DNA of 64,000 nt from a virus (IMGVR_UViG_3300037466_001997:1-64000), one strand, 5' to 3'; shown: positions 34,066 through 42,791, numbered from the stretch's first letter. Made by a program: numbers and translations. The notes: generated from the letters alone by a model not told the origin.

Positions 34066-34504
34066 ACTCTATTGTGTTGACATCGGGCAGCTTTGCCCAG
34101 AATCTACGTTTACAGCCCTTTGGGAGCGTTCCGCCATCTTTTTTGTGCATGAGTGCCAGATTTGGGCTTGATACTAGCTGAAAGGTCACAGACGAATAGT
34201 CGTCGGCACCTTTACGGATGTAAATCCTATCGATTTTCAGGACAGTGCCAGAGACAAGCTGAACCGGAAAATTTACAGTCGAATCATTCGGATATGTATC
34301 GTAATCCGAATTCGGATTATCCCGCCATTCTCGGAGAAGCTTCCAATGTTTTTCCCACTTGGCTTCCAACACCTTTTCGATATTGGGGTATATGCCTTTC
34401 ATCGCCTCGATAAAATCCGAATTGCGACGTTCGGAATAGAGCGGAAAATTCCAATCTTTGGTGAGTAGGATTGCATCACCGATTTCAGGGATGTATAATT
34501 TCAT
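34052..34504 (-). CDS. hypothetical protein, 150 aa
   Basis: ORF. Confidence 0.5.
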   Translation of the reverse strand: MKLYIPEIGDAILLTKDWNFPLYSERRNSDFIEAMKGIYPNIEKVLEAKWEKHWKLLREWRDNPNSDYDTYPNDSTVNFPVQLVSGTVLKIDRIYIRKGADDYSSVTFQLVSSPNLALMHKKDGGTLPKGCKRRFWAKLPDVNTIEYEHA

Positions 34505-34868
34505 TTTTCGCTTTCTTCATGGCGTAAAGTTCACGGCGACGTGCATTCACCTTATCACGTTTTCGTTGTGCAGCGCCAGCAAACCATGCTTTTCTCAATT
34601 CTGGTGCATCACATGGTTCTTTGGTGCCGGGCTTGTATCCATGAACCTCTTGCTGGTAGACTTTCCATGCTACTCCACAGTAAATGCATTTATATGCATA
34701 TCGAGTGACATCGGCTCTATAATAGGTTCTGGTAAATTTACCTTCTGTATATTTTGTGTCGGTTTCCGGGTCTACAGGAAGTTTGTCATAAATGCGTCTG
34801 TTTTTCTCTAACCGACGATAATCACGCCGTCTGGCATTTCTGATAGATCGCAGAAATGAGTCAGTCAT
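34485..34868 (-). CDS. hypothetical basic protein, 127 aa
   Basis: ORF. Confidence 0.5.
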   Translation of the reverse strand: MTDSFLRSIRNARRRDYRRLEKNRRIYDKLPVDPETDTKYTEGKFTRTYYRADVTRYAYKCIYCGVAWKVYQQEVHGYKPGTKEPCDAPELRKAWFAGAAQRKRDKVNARRRELYAMKKAKNEIIHP

Positions 34869-35188
34869 TCCGAAACTTTCTTGTAGTTGGCACAGACGAT
34901 ATCAACCCACGTTTCGATGATTTCGTTTCTGATATCTTCATCGATATTGTACCATTCGCCACTGAGTCCTCTGCGGTCGGTCAAGTCATCAATGATGCCG
35001 TCCACGGCCAAACGGGCACGTTGTTCTATGGTAAACGTCTCTGCCATGGTATCGGCCTTACTGGTAGCGTGTTGAAAATGTTCTGAAAGTTGTTCCGCCA
35101 CCATTCGTGCGTGTGGCGTCATTGATTGTTCAAGCTGTTTCAGGCGCTTCTTGGCCTGTCGCTTGTAGCCTTCACTGTACTCAACCAT
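34865..35188 (-). CDS. hypothetical protein (start MVEYSEGYK with AAGGA RBS; track extension would overlap tRNA-Ser)
   Basis: ORF. Confidence 0.5.
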   Translation of the reverse strand: MVEYSEGYKRQAKKRLKQLEQSMTPHARMVAEQLSEHFQHATSKADTMAETFTIEQRARLAVDGIIDDLTDRRGLSGEWYNIDEDIRNEIIETWVDIVCANYKKVSE

Positions 35189-35200
35189 AATAATCCTTTT

Positions 35201-35292
35201 TGGCGGAAACGGGAGGATTCGAACCTCCGGACCCCTTTCGGGGTCGCTGCGATAGCAATGCAGTGCAATAAGCCAGACTCTGCCACGTTTCC
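35201..35292 (-). tRNA. tRNA-Ser (anticodon GCU), type II
   Basis: Acceptor GGAAACG/CGTTTCC, D-arm TGGCAGAGTCTGG, loop TTGCTAT, T-arm GGAGGTTCGAATCCTCC, CCA. Confidence 0.6.
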
Positions 35293-35304
35293 TGCTTAAC
35301 AATT

Positions 35305-35391
35305 TGGTACGGGTGAGAGGAGTCGAACCTCCACGCTACTAAGAGCGTCGGAACCTAAATCCGGTGCGTCTACCAGTTTCGCCACACCCGC
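35305..35391 (-). tRNA. tRNA-Leu (anticodon UAG), type II
   Basis: Acceptor GCGGGTG/CACCCGT, D-arm TGGCGAAACTGGTAGA, loop TTTAGGT, CCA. Confidence 0.55.
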
Positions 35392-35398
35392 ACACTAG

Positions 35399-35614
35399 CT
35401 AACCAATCTTCTTGTTAGCTATAAACCTACCAACAACAGAAGTCAATAGACCACCTGAACCAAACAGCAACAATATGAGATTGACAATCGTATCAATCTT
35501 TCCCGCATCAAGCATTTGTCCGAAACCGAGCAAATACATTAGCAGCGATATTGCAGTTACGACAGAACCCCAAATAGTTTTGGACTGCCACCAAGGTTTT
35601 GTATCTTCTTCCAT
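35399..35614 (-). CDS. small two-TM membrane protein (possible holin-like)
   Basis: 71 aa with two hydrophobic helices and a charged C-terminus. Confidence 0.4.
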   Translation of the reverse strand: MEEDTKPWWQSKTIWGSVVTAISLLMYLLGFGQMLDAGKIDTIVNLILLLFGSGGLLTSVVGRFIANKKIG

Positions 35615-35654
35615 TGTTCAACTCCCTAAACAGACTTATCTATTTAGGAAATTT

Positions 35655-35731
35655 TGGTGCCCGGAGAGGGACTCGAACCCCCAACATTCGGAGTTTGAAA
35701 CCGACGACTCTACCAATTGGCCTATCCGGGC
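35655..35731 (-). tRNA. Trp-like tRNA with anticodon loop TTTCAAA (anticodon UCA, opal-reading) in one fold, or CAA in an alternative fold
   Basis: Aligns closely to E. coli tRNA-Trp (AATTGGTAGAG, TGTTGGGGGTTCGAGTCC) but loop reads UUUCAAA instead of CUCCAAA. Anticodon/D stems are imperfect. Confidence 0.4.
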
Positions 35732-35739
35732 ATTGTGTA

Positions 35740-35768
35740 TATTTAGCAAAGTTCTAGAAGGAAGTCAA
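35740..35768 (-). promoter_or_regulatory. tRNA promoter TTGACT-17-TAAATA
   Basis: tatttagcaaagttctagaaggaagtcaa. Confidence 0.45.
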
Positions 35769-35771
35769 GAA

Positions 35772-36053
35772 TTAATTTCCTTCTAGATATCCTAGCATGA
35801 TACCCATCAGGAGTATGAAACCCAGAACGAAAAGGGCAGCACCCCAAGCGGCACCAACGGTGGCATAGCTACCGACTAGCAGACCCATACCCAAGGCAAA
35901 AATTATGCTTGCAATTAAAAACCACATGTTCGCCTCAATAGAAAATTGTGGAAAGACCCATGGAGTCGATGTTCCGGGGAAGTTCACGGGAAGCGTCGAA
36001 ATCGTGTAGCGCTTCTTCACCCGATTGATCGGAAATGGCCAAGGCCAGTGCAA
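35772..36053 (-). CDS. membrane protein (hydrophobic C-terminal half)
   Basis: ORF; start may be the internal MWFLIAS. Confidence 0.45.
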   Translation of the reverse strand: MHWPWPFPINRVKKRYTISTLPVNFPGTSTPWVFPQFSIEANMWFLIASIIFALGMGLLVGSYATVGAAWGAALFVLGFILLMGIMLGYLEGN

Positions 36054-36231
36054 ACCCGATCATCGGCCCATTTTTGCCGTCCGTGACGATGCCAGCGGTG
36101 ATCTTGCCGAACATGCCACGACCGGAATAATCATCCCGCAATTCAGCCTCGATACCCATGTTCTGTAGCTGATCGACAATCATTTCTGCGATTTCAAGCT
36201 TCATTTCAACCTCCGTCAATGGCAGATTCAT
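35935..36231 (-). CDS. hypothetical protein, 98 aa
   Basis: ORF. Confidence 0.45.
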   Translation of the reverse strand: MNLPLTEVEMKLEIAEMIVDQLQNMGIEAELRDDYSGRGMFGKITAGIVTDGKNGPMIGFALALAISDQSGEEALHDFDASRELPRNIDSMGLSTIFY

Positions 36232-36457
36232 GCATCACGGTAAAACCGGACGCCTTTTCCATGGTTTTGATGACCGTATTGGCATCTTCACAAAGCATTT
36301 GCCGTAGTCCAGCCGAATAGCGGTCGAAGCTCTTAGCGGTCGCCTTATGGCGAACCATGTAGAGCGCCCGAGCAAGCTCATAGGCGGGTTCATTCGGTTC
36401 GAAATACAGTTCCCTGCTCATAGATGCGTGTCCAATCCGGTCTGTGCCGTGAAGCAC
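36206..36457 (-). CDS. hypothetical protein, 83 aa
   Basis: ORF. Confidence 0.45.
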   Translation of the reverse strand: MLHGTDRIGHASMSRELYFEPNEPAYELARALYMVRHKATAKSFDRYSAGLRQMLCEDANTVIKTMEKASGFTVMHESAIDGG

Positions 36458-36729
36458 TCTTGCAACATGTCATCATAAATGTTGTCGTCGGTGGCAACGA
36501 TCTTGTATTCGAGCTTCCGCATCTTGCCGTACTCGACATCGTAAAGGTCCAGTCCGTTCAGCGTGATCTTGACCTTGTTGATGCCGTTCTTGGCCTTGGG
36601 AAGCTGGAACGCCAGCCCATTGGGCAGACTGATGAAGTTCTTGGCACCCGTCATAGCGATGAACTTGTTTCCGCCAAGCTGTTGAAGGATGGTCAGTGCA
36701 ACGGGCGGGATCGGTTTCTGTGCGGCCAT
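36418..36729 (-). CDS. hypothetical protein, 103 aa
   Basis: Sits under promoter 36760-36788. Confidence 0.5.
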   Translation of the reverse strand: MAAQKPIPPVALTILQQLGGNKFIAMTGAKNFISLPNGLAFQLPKAKNGINKVKITLNGLDLYDVEYGKMRKLEYKIVATDDNIYDDMLQECFTAQTGLDTHL

Positions 36730-36759
36730 TTCCGGTTCCTCTCAATCTCTACATTTACG

Positions 36760-36788
36760 AATATAATCGAAATCTAGAGAATGTCAAC
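36760..36788 (-). promoter_or_regulatory. sigma70-like promoter TTGACA-17-TATATT (cassette copy, overlaps stop of the HD-domain gene)
   Basis: catttacgaatataatcgaaatctagagaatgtcaa. Confidence 0.55.
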
Positions 36789-37247
36789 AGCTTTTAATGC
36801 GGTATCGATTTTATGGTAGGTTTTAACGTATTTTTCTATACGTTTCATATCCTTATCGGTCACGCCTTTGAGCCTGCGAAGGTCCATATTATGACGAAGA
36901 TCGATCTTTTTCGCCCGCATGGCATCGATGTTTCCCATAATTCCATCGATATATTCATCATATGGAATTTCTTTTTTTCTGGTGAGAAGTCGAACCGCCG
37001 TGATGATTCGTGGTGTCATACCGATAGCATGAAGCGCTGCAAACCCGGCTTCATGGTCGTTCGGGAAACAATCCTCCACCACATCATGAAGAACGGCGAT
37101 TGCCATCAATTCTTCGTCATCGGTTTTCATAAGGTACATGACCTTCAACGGATGAAGAATATAGGCATGGCCAGCTTTGTCGAACTGGCCATAATGATGC
37201 TTGACGGCGAACGCCAGAGCGTTTGATAAAATTTCTTGTTTTTTCAA
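36774..37247 (-). CDS. small alarmone hydrolase: SpoT/RelA-type HD domain, (p)ppGpp hydrolase-like
   Basis: HHYGQFDKAGHAYILHP...AIAVLHDVVED matches the RelA/SpoT HD hydrolase signature. Confidence 0.7.
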   Translation of the reverse strand: MKKQEILSNALAFAVKHHYGQFDKAGHAYILHPLKVMYLMKTDDEELMAIAVLHDVVEDCFPNDHEAGFAALHAIGMTPRIITAVRLLTRKKEIPYDEYIDGIMGNIDAMRAKKIDLRHNMDLRRLKGVTDKDMKRIEKYVKTYHKIDTALKAVDIL

Positions 37248-37552
37248 TCAACTGGTTCCTGTGGTCTGTGTGGTTCAATAGCGGCAAGGGCCATTTCGAG
37301 CGTTTCGTATGACCCAAAAACTGGTGCTGGCTTGCCATCCCTGAAATGCTGATCGCCAGCGGCTTCAACATCCCGTACCCGGTAATACACATCTGCATTC
37401 CGGTCTTTGTCGTACATGCGAACGGAAATGATTGCGAAGCGATGTCGGAACCCCTCCGGAAAACAACGCTCCAATTCAGTACCCTTGACCCAACGCTTGG
37501 GATCATTGCCGGAAACAAGCGTGTACCAATCAAGCATTAAAGCTTTTCCCAT
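37244..37552 (-). CDS. hypothetical protein, 102 aa
   Basis: ORF. Confidence 0.5.
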   Translation of the reverse strand: MGKALMLDWYTLVSGNDPKRWVKGTELERCFPEGFRHRFAIISVRMYDKDRNADVYYRVRDVEAAGDQHFRDGKPAPVFGSYETLEMALAAIEPHRPQEPVD

Positions 37553-37749
37553 TCCTTGTATTTTTCTTCGGCCTTAGCCAGAAGCTTATAGTATTCGGCT
37601 GAATACCCATACTTGTGGAATTCGAAGTCGGCTTCTAGAATAATGTCCGCATATTCGTTGTATTTGTCGTTCTTGATGCGAGCTTGCTTATCCATCAGTC
37701 GAACACCTTGGCGATCTTGCCTTCGGCCTTGTCCCAACCGTCCTGCCAA
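37537..37749 (-). CDS. hypothetical protein, 70 aa
   Basis: ORF. Confidence 0.4.
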   Translation of the reverse strand: MAGRLGQGRRQDRQGVRLMDKQARIKNDKYNEYADIILEADFEFHKYGYSAEYYKLLAKAEEKYKEWEKL

Positions 37750-37898
37750 GCCTGATACTTTTCCAGAAGATCAAGAGCCGGTAAAGGATGTTGCGCAAAT
37801 ATCTGGGCTTCATAGGGATTGGTGGCCTGCCCTTTGTTCCGGGCATGAATACCATCCGTGTAGACTTCCCAGAGCGCCGTTCCAATCTGATACTTCAT
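37695..37898 (-). CDS. hypothetical protein, 67 aa
   Basis: ORF. Confidence 0.45.
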   Translation of the reverse strand: MKYQIGTALWEVYTDGIHARNKGQATNPYEAQIFAQHPLPALDLLEKYQAWQDGWDKAEGKIAKVFD

Positions 37899-37923
37899 GT
37901 CTCAATCCCCTGATTACATTTCG

Positions 37924-37951
37924 AATATAATTGATTCCTACGATATGTCAA
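37924..37951 (-). promoter_or_regulatory. sigma70-like promoter TTGACA-16-TATATT
   Basis: gaatataattgattcctacgatatgtcaa. Confidence 0.55.
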
Positions 37952-37952
37952 G

Positions 37953-37984
37953 CAAAAAGAAAGGCGGGGATTTCTCCCCGCCCG
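37953..37984 (-). terminator. rho-independent terminator
   Basis: GGCGGGGATTTCTCCCCGCC followed by TTTCTTTTTG on minus strand. Confidence 0.55.
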
Positions 37985-38006
37985 GCACGACTACACGATA
38001 GCGGCC

Positions 38007-38897
38007 TTACTTTCCGAACTTGTCTTGGATGCCCGACTTGGCACGGTTGACGTAGGTCACAAGATCGTCATATGCCTTGTCGTCAATGCGATCCGGATTG
38101 ACATACACACCAGCGAGCCACGATACCGACTCACGCTTGCCGCCGAAGAACCCCTGCAAATTCTTGTAGGTGCGAGGAATGTCCACGAATTCGTAAAGCG
38201 GCTTGCCACGGATATCCAGAGCGTTGTTGAAGCTCCAATCCGATGCTTCCGCCATGACCAGTGTGTCGGAATAGTTGTCGTTGGCTTCCTGCATGGTGGA
38301 ATTGTTCAAACCAGCCGCCACCAACATGCATGTGGTGTCACCAGAGGAAACGGAAGACAGCGCCCGCTTGTCGGATTCATTCTTGGTTGGCACAGAAGCG
38401 TACTTCTGCTTTCCCTGAATGAAGTTCTGCCAAATCACCCATGCGCCGGAACCTTCCTTGCCGACATTGAGCGAATAAGCGCCGCCAGCATCCTTGCCGC
38501 CCGGAAGCTGCTTCAAGTCGGTGACGCCAGACTCCTTGTTGCACAGAATTTGCAGATATTCACGGTGCAACTGGCCGATCTGTTTGAGCGGCAAGGATGG
38601 ATTCTTGCGCTTGGCGAATACCAAGGCATCCGGTTGGCCGATGAAAGCCTGACAGGCAGTCGGGTCGTTTGCGTCAACCTCGACCGTGCGGCGGATATTA
38701 TCCACCGAACCCGTCGATTCATCGACCACGATGTTGACATTTGGCGAACCCTTGGACGCATCGGCAATCATATGGCCAGCGACGTTGTAGGGGAACCCGG
38801 CAGAGCCTGTGCACAAATGCACAGTCTGTGCACCGGCCATTGCAGGGAATGCCAGTGCCATCGAGGCAGCGGCCATCAGGAAGATACGCTTGATCAT
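38007..38897 (-). CDS. secreted periplasmic solute-binding-protein-like protein (TAXI/PhnD-like pattern)
   Basis: Signal peptide MIKRIFLMAAASMALAFPAMAGA; TGSAGFPYNVAGHMIAD resembles TAXI-family SBPs. Confidence 0.45.
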   Translation of the reverse strand: MIKRIFLMAAASMALAFPAMAGAQTVHLCTGSAGFPYNVAGHMIADASKGSPNVNIVVDESTGSVDNIRRTVEVDANDPTACQAFIGQPDALVFAKRKNPSLPLKQIGQLHREYLQILCNKESGVTDLKQLPGGKDAGGAYSLNVGKEGSGAWVIWQNFIQGKQKYASVPTKNESDKRALSSVSSGDTTCMLVAAGLNNSTMQEANDNYSDTLVMAEASDWSFNNALDIRGKPLYEFVDIPRTYKNLQGFFGGKRESVSWLAGVYVNPDRIDDKAYDDLVTYVNRAKSGIQDKFGK

Positions 38898-39349
38898 GTT
38901 GTTTCCTTTGTCAGAAGGGTTTTGGCGATGCTGGAAGCGATTGCGCCGTCATAAAGGTTCGGGTGATTCTTTTTGAGAACACCCATGATACCACCCATGT
39001 TGGCATGACCATCATCAATCGCATCTTGAATGATTTTGGTCAATTCTTCATTGGAAAGCATTTGAGGAAGGTATGCTGATAGCACAACTTTCTCGTTCTG
39101 CAATTTGGTGTCATCTGGCACAATTGCAAGGCTTTCGTCAATACCTTTTATAAATTTTTTGATGGTAGACAAAGCCAGTTCATTGGAAATCACCTTTTGG
39201 CCGTCCACCATGACAGCTTTGGATGACATTTCGCCCAATGCGGTTGAGAGAATGAGAGCTTTTGCGTTGTCTCTTTCCTTACGGGCTGTGGTAAGGTCGG
39301 ACTTCATTTGATCGAAGATCATCACGGGTTCCATAATTTTGGCGGACAA
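38894..39349 (-). CDS. GatB/YqeY domain protein
   Basis: C-terminal GGIMGVLKKNHPNLYDGAIASSIAK is typical of the GatB_Yqey family. Confidence 0.65.
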   Translation of the reverse strand: MSAKIMEPVMIFDQMKSDLTTARKERDNAKALILSTALGEMSSKAVMVDGQKVISNELALSTIKKFIKGIDESLAIVPDDTKLQNEKVVLSAYLPQMLSNEELTKIIQDAIDDGHANMGGIMGVLKKNHPNLYDGAIASSIAKTLLTKETT

Positions 39350-39414
39350 GACGGGAATTGAACCCGCTCAAACTGCTCGACAGGCAGGTATGCTAACCAT
39401 TACATCACATGTCC
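39340..39414 (-). tRNA. tRNA-Asp (anticodon GUC)
   Basis: Resembles E. coli tRNA-Asp (CCTGCCTGTC..GCAG, GCGGGTTCAATTCCCGT). One acceptor mismatch. Confidence 0.55.
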
Positions 39415-39469
39415 AGAGTAAGTGGCATGGTGCGCTGAAAACCAGCGTTGCCACTATTGTTGCACTTAT

Positions 39470-39928
39470 TTAGACATAATATGCGAATTTTCTGGAAACG
39501 TCAACAGATTTTTGAAGGATTCCAATGGTTAAATGAAATTTTTCGAAATCCGGTAGACCCAGAGATTTACGAATTTCTCGAATGTCATCGGAGTACACGT
39601 CGATGAACCAAAACAATCCTTTTTTCCGTTCCCAATTTTCGGTAGGATTGGGGATTGGGTTATCGCCAGAATATCGAATCAATCCTTCGTAGTGGAAGGT
39701 GATTTCCTTTTTGTCGAATTCCATTGGAACAAATGGATTAATTTTGGAAATCGTGATGTGCGCATTCCAAGATGGTTTCAACAATCCGATGTGGAGCGCC
39801 TGATTGGCGACATGCCGATAATACCGGGCAAGTTCTTCGTCCGCTGTAGCGGTGATCAAACAAGTCGTCTCGGAATTAATTTTTATAGGATTGGGAATGA
39901 CGTGAACCGTCGCTGTGGATGTAAACAT
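39470..39928 (-). CDS. 2H phosphoesterase superfamily protein (LigT/CPDase-like)
   Basis: Two HxT/S motifs, AHITISK and FHLTIGI, at the expected spacing. Confidence 0.65.
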   Translation of the reverse strand: MFTSTATVHVIPNPIKINSETTCLITATADEELARYYRHVANQALHIGLLKPSWNAHITISKINPFVPMEFDKKEITFHYEGLIRYSGDNPIPNPTENWERKKGLFWFIDVYSDDIREIRKSLGLPDFEKFHLTIGILQKSVDVSRKFAYYV

Positions 39929-40090
39929 GTGAAAAAATATTAGGTCTGTAGCCGGTACTTAACTGCCATACTGTATGTCTCGAACGAATCTCAATACAGC
40001 GTAAACAGGTGCAACCATCACTGCGGGGTATCAGGAAACCCATTCAATCGGTTTCTTCATCCTATTCGCTACAGACCCAATTTCTAAATT

Positions 40091-40181
40091 TTGGCGGAGA
40101 GTGAGGGATTCGAACCCCCGGACCTGTGACGGTCTTCCGCTTTCAAGGCGGACGCAATAAACCGGACTCTACCAACTCTCC
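40091..40181 (-). tRNA. tRNA-Ser (anticodon UGA), type II
   Basis: Acceptor GGAGAGT/ACTCTCC, loop CTTGAAA, long variable arm, T-arm GGGGGTTCGAATCCC, CCA. Confidence 0.6.
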
Positions 40182-40216
40182 AATCAGTTCTATTTAGCAG
40201 ACCTTTGATGAAAAGT

Positions 40217-40555
40217 CTACTTCTTTTCTTCTTTTTCTTTCAGCGGCGGGGTCAAACCGAGAAGATCGATGATGTAGAGAATGCCCAGACAAGCACAAAA
40301 CACCAGAGCGGCGACAGCAAACCCAAAAAACGGCCCGTGTTTGTCGATAGCATCCAAGAACATGAGCATCAGTTTACCACCAGCGATGATGGCCATGACA
40401 CACAAAGCCACACAACCAATGAACGCCGTCAAACCATAGATAAACTTAATCACTCCACACTCCCCGTCATTGCGAGCCAAAAGAGGCGAAACGCATGACC
40501 AGTCTGTGCGGGATAATAGATGATCATCACCGCAAGGAATAACCAGACTACCCAA
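40217..40555 (-). CDS. multi-TM membrane protein, 112 aa
   Basis: Hydrophobic ORF. Confidence 0.5.
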   Translation of the reverse strand: MGSLVIPCGDDHLLSRTDWSCVSPLLARNDGECGVIKFIYGLTAFIGCVALCVMAIIAGGKLMLMFLDAIDKHGPFFGFAVAALVFCACLGILYIIDLLGLTPPLKEKEEKK

Positions 40556-40592
40556 CCCATCTTCGGCATGTTCTGCCTCCTATCTGGGTTCT

Positions 40593-40620
40593 ATATAATC
40601 TAATTATTCGAAAATGTCAA
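40593..40620 (-). promoter_or_regulatory. sigma70-like promoter TTGACA-16-TATATA
   Basis: tatataatctaattattcgaaaatgtcaa. Confidence 0.5.
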
Positions 40621-40894
40621 TAGGCGTCACTTCGAATTCCAAACCGCAAGGTGTTCCAAGCAAAGTTCTCAAATCCCGGCATTCGTAGCGAACGCCTTCA
40701 TAGACGGTATCGACTGGCGGATCATCATTTTCCAGTTCGATTTCGTTGCCATTTTCGTCAAGAAATTTGTTCAGTTCACCAGTAAAAAGGCAAGATTCGC
40801 AGATGTGCTTGCGAAGTTCCGTGACCAATTCTGCCTCTGTCTGGAATTCCTTTTTCCAGCCGGGAACCGAACACTTATGCAAAGTGATAATCAT
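40604..40894 (-). CDS. hypothetical protein, 96 aa
   Basis: ORF. Confidence 0.5.
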   Translation of the reverse strand: MIITLHKCSVPGWKKEFQTEAELVTELRKHICESCLFTGELNKFLDENGNEIELENDDPPVDTVYEGVRYECRDLRTLLGTPCGLEFEVTPIDIFE

Positions 40895-41184
40895 GCGTCG
40901 TCTTCTGATCCGAAAATTTCGCTGTTCATATCGATCACTTCCATGTCGTGGATATCAAAATGTTTTGTCACCTTGATATATTTCCCCAGAAGATCGAATT
41001 TGCATTGCTCACACAAATCCAGAGTCAGGCTATCCATATCTCGGAAGTGTTTACCGAAATACCCAACCTGATCCTGATAGGTCAACCATTCGTCAAGATA
41101 TTCTTGACGGTCTTCCTTCTTTTCACAGGAGTCGCAAATTCGTGCGACTACTGCATCAATTGTTTTCTTGCCCCAGATGCGCAA
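40891..41184 (-). CDS. hypothetical protein, 97 aa (CxxC..CxxC)
   Basis: ORF. Confidence 0.5.
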   Translation of the reverse strand: MRIWGKKTIDAVVARICDSCEKKEDRQEYLDEWLTYQDQVGYFGKHFRDMDSLTLDLCEQCKFDLLGKYIKVTKHFDIHDMEVIDMNSEIFGSEDDA

Positions 41185-41386
41185 CGCAAATATCCAATAT
41201 TTTTTGAGCGATTTCTAGTTCCATGCGGCGGGCTTCGATTATGCCGGGCTTCGTTCTTTGCATATAGGCTTGCTCGATACGGGCGTAACCGAATGAAAAT
41301 TCTTGGCGAATTTTATTCAGGACCGACTCGGATTGCAACTCTGCAACCACTTCGGAGTCTGTGAGTGTTTTAATGTTCCGTGTCAT
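41156..41386 (-). CDS. hypothetical protein, 76 aa
   Basis: ORF. Confidence 0.45.
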   Translation of the reverse strand: MTRNIKTLTDSEVVAELQSESVLNKIRQEFSFGYARIEQAYMQRTKPGIIEARRMELEIAQKILDICVAHLGQENN

Positions 41387-41630
41387 ATCGAGTTTTGAAC
41401 CTTCTGCCTATCAACATTTCCGTTCGTGTCGGTCTTAGAGATTCTGTAAAAGAGCCGTCACCCCGATAAATTTTCAGCGGAACGTATGGATGGAAAACCT
41501 CTAGACCAGACTTGTATCGGAGGTATGTGCCGATAAACCGGTCATCCGAATCAAAATGTTCAACTCTGGATTCAACACTGTTCACGATGGTTTCGAACAG
41601 GTTCAATAGATCGTCAACATCATCGGTCAT
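41370..41630 (-). CDS. hypothetical protein, 86 aa
   Basis: ORF. Confidence 0.45.
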   Translation of the reverse strand: MTDDVDDLLNLFETIVNSVESRVEHFDSDDRFIGTYLRYKSGLEVFHPYVPLKIYRGDGSFTESLRPTRTEMLIGRRFKTRYDTEH

Positions 41631-41656
41631 TGGGTTGTTTCAAAAAAAGAGGGAAT

Positions 41657-41732
41657 TGGAGCCTCATGATGGATTCGAACCACCGACCAATTGCTTCGTA
41701 GGCAAATGCTCTGTCCACTGAGCTAATGAGGC
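41657..41732 (-). tRNA. tRNA-Arg (anticodon ACG)
   Basis: Acceptor GCCTCAT/ATGAGGC, D-arm TAGCTCAGTGGACAGAGC, loop CTACGAA, T-arm GGTGGTTCGAATCCATC, CCA. Confidence 0.65.
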
Positions 41733-41741
41733 ATTACCAAT

Positions 41742-41942
41742 CTATTTAGCAGCTTCGTCCGTCTTTGTCAACATATTTTTAATTTGTTCGATTGGCCATG
41801 TGATAGGCCGGAAGAACAACCATACGACAAGGCAAACTATGTCCACAAATTTTTCACCATATGCCGCAATCAGAGCGGGCAAGAGCATTAGCGCAATTGC
41901 CGGGACAATGATGGCAATCGACGTGAGAACAGACATCAACAT
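41742..41942 (-). CDS. small membrane protein, 66 aa
   Basis: Hydrophobic ORF. Confidence 0.4.
   Translation of the reverse strand: MLMSVLTSIAIIVPAIALMLLPALIAAYGEKFVDIVCLVVWLFFRPITWPIEQIKNMLTKTDEAAK
41743..41771 (-). promoter_or_regulatory. tRNA promoter TTGACA-17-TAAATA
   Basis: tatttagcagcttcgtccgtctttgtcaa. Confidence 0.5.
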
Positions 41943-41957
41943 TTTAAATATTTCCTG

Positions 41958-42254
41958 TTAAGAATAGTTCACGTAAGAATGAAATTTCATAAATCCAGCG
42001 CCGTTTTTTAGCCGCCGAAAATAATCAACGATCAATGGTGGCGTATCTTCGGTTATAGTGTCGAAGATGTCAATACCTATTTGAAAATATTCATCGATTT
42101 GACAATCTTCGATCATTTCAGCTTTGAATGATTCTTCATTCTCGGCCCAACCGACATAAAAAATTTGTGTGAAACCTTCACCAGTAGCAAAGTAGTCCAT
42201 AATACCGTAGTATCGTTTATACTCGCTTTCTGTTTCAGACATTACCGCTTCCAA
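41958..42254 (-). CDS. hypothetical protein, 98 aa
   Basis: ORF. Confidence 0.5.
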   Translation of the reverse strand: MEAVMSETESEYKRYYGIMDYFATGEGFTQIFYVGWAENEESFKAEMIEDCQIDEYFQIGIDIFDTITEDTPPLIVDYFRRLKNGAGFMKFHSYVNYS

Positions 42255-42697
42255 ACCATTGTGAACTTGACTGGTGGCTTTTCAACCTTAACCAGATATG
42301 CGAGAGGGAAGATACCCCAGACAGTTTCTGGATTGATTTCCAGACGATTGGCAACTTCTGTCTTGGCTTCCTTTTCGGAAGTGTACTGCATAGCGCCAGC
42401 TTCCAGATTGATTTTATGACTACCATCAGCATCTGGAATCATTGCAAATACAAGAAAAATATCGTTCTTACCGTTCACGGTAGACCCTTCTTCAATTACA
42501 AAAAAATTTTTAGCATTAAACCAAGCGTTCTGGGAAAAGCCATACATGTTATCATGATTACGGATTTTCTTCAAACGAATATATGTGGTTCCACCGCTAA
42601 CTTTAAGGTCAATTACTTCTAATTTATCGTTGAACCCGACAGTCTGATGTTGCGAATATACATCTGGGTTCTTTTTTACAATATCGCCAATTTCCAA
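42242..42697 (-). CDS. hypothetical protein, 151 aa
   Basis: ORF. Confidence 0.5.
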   Translation of the reverse strand: MEIGDIVKKNPDVYSQHQTVGFNDKLEVIDLKVSGGTTYIRLKKIRNHDNMYGFSQNAWFNAKNFFVIEEGSTVNGKNDIFLVFAMIPDADGSHKINLEAGAMQYTSEKEAKTEVANRLEINPETVWGIFPLAYLVKVEKPPVKFTMVWKR

Positions 42698-42714
42698 ATT
42701 TTATTTCCTGTGGA

Positions 42715-42791
42715 TGGTAGGCCCGGTCGGATTTGAACCGACGACCTTCCGCTTAAGAGGCGGCTGCTCTTACCGCTGTAGCTACGGGCCT
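42715..42791 (-). tRNA. tRNA-Lys (anticodon CUU)
   Basis: Acceptor AGGCCCG/CGGGCCT, loop CTCTTAA, T-arm GTCGGTTCAAATCCGAC, CCA. Confidence 0.55.
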
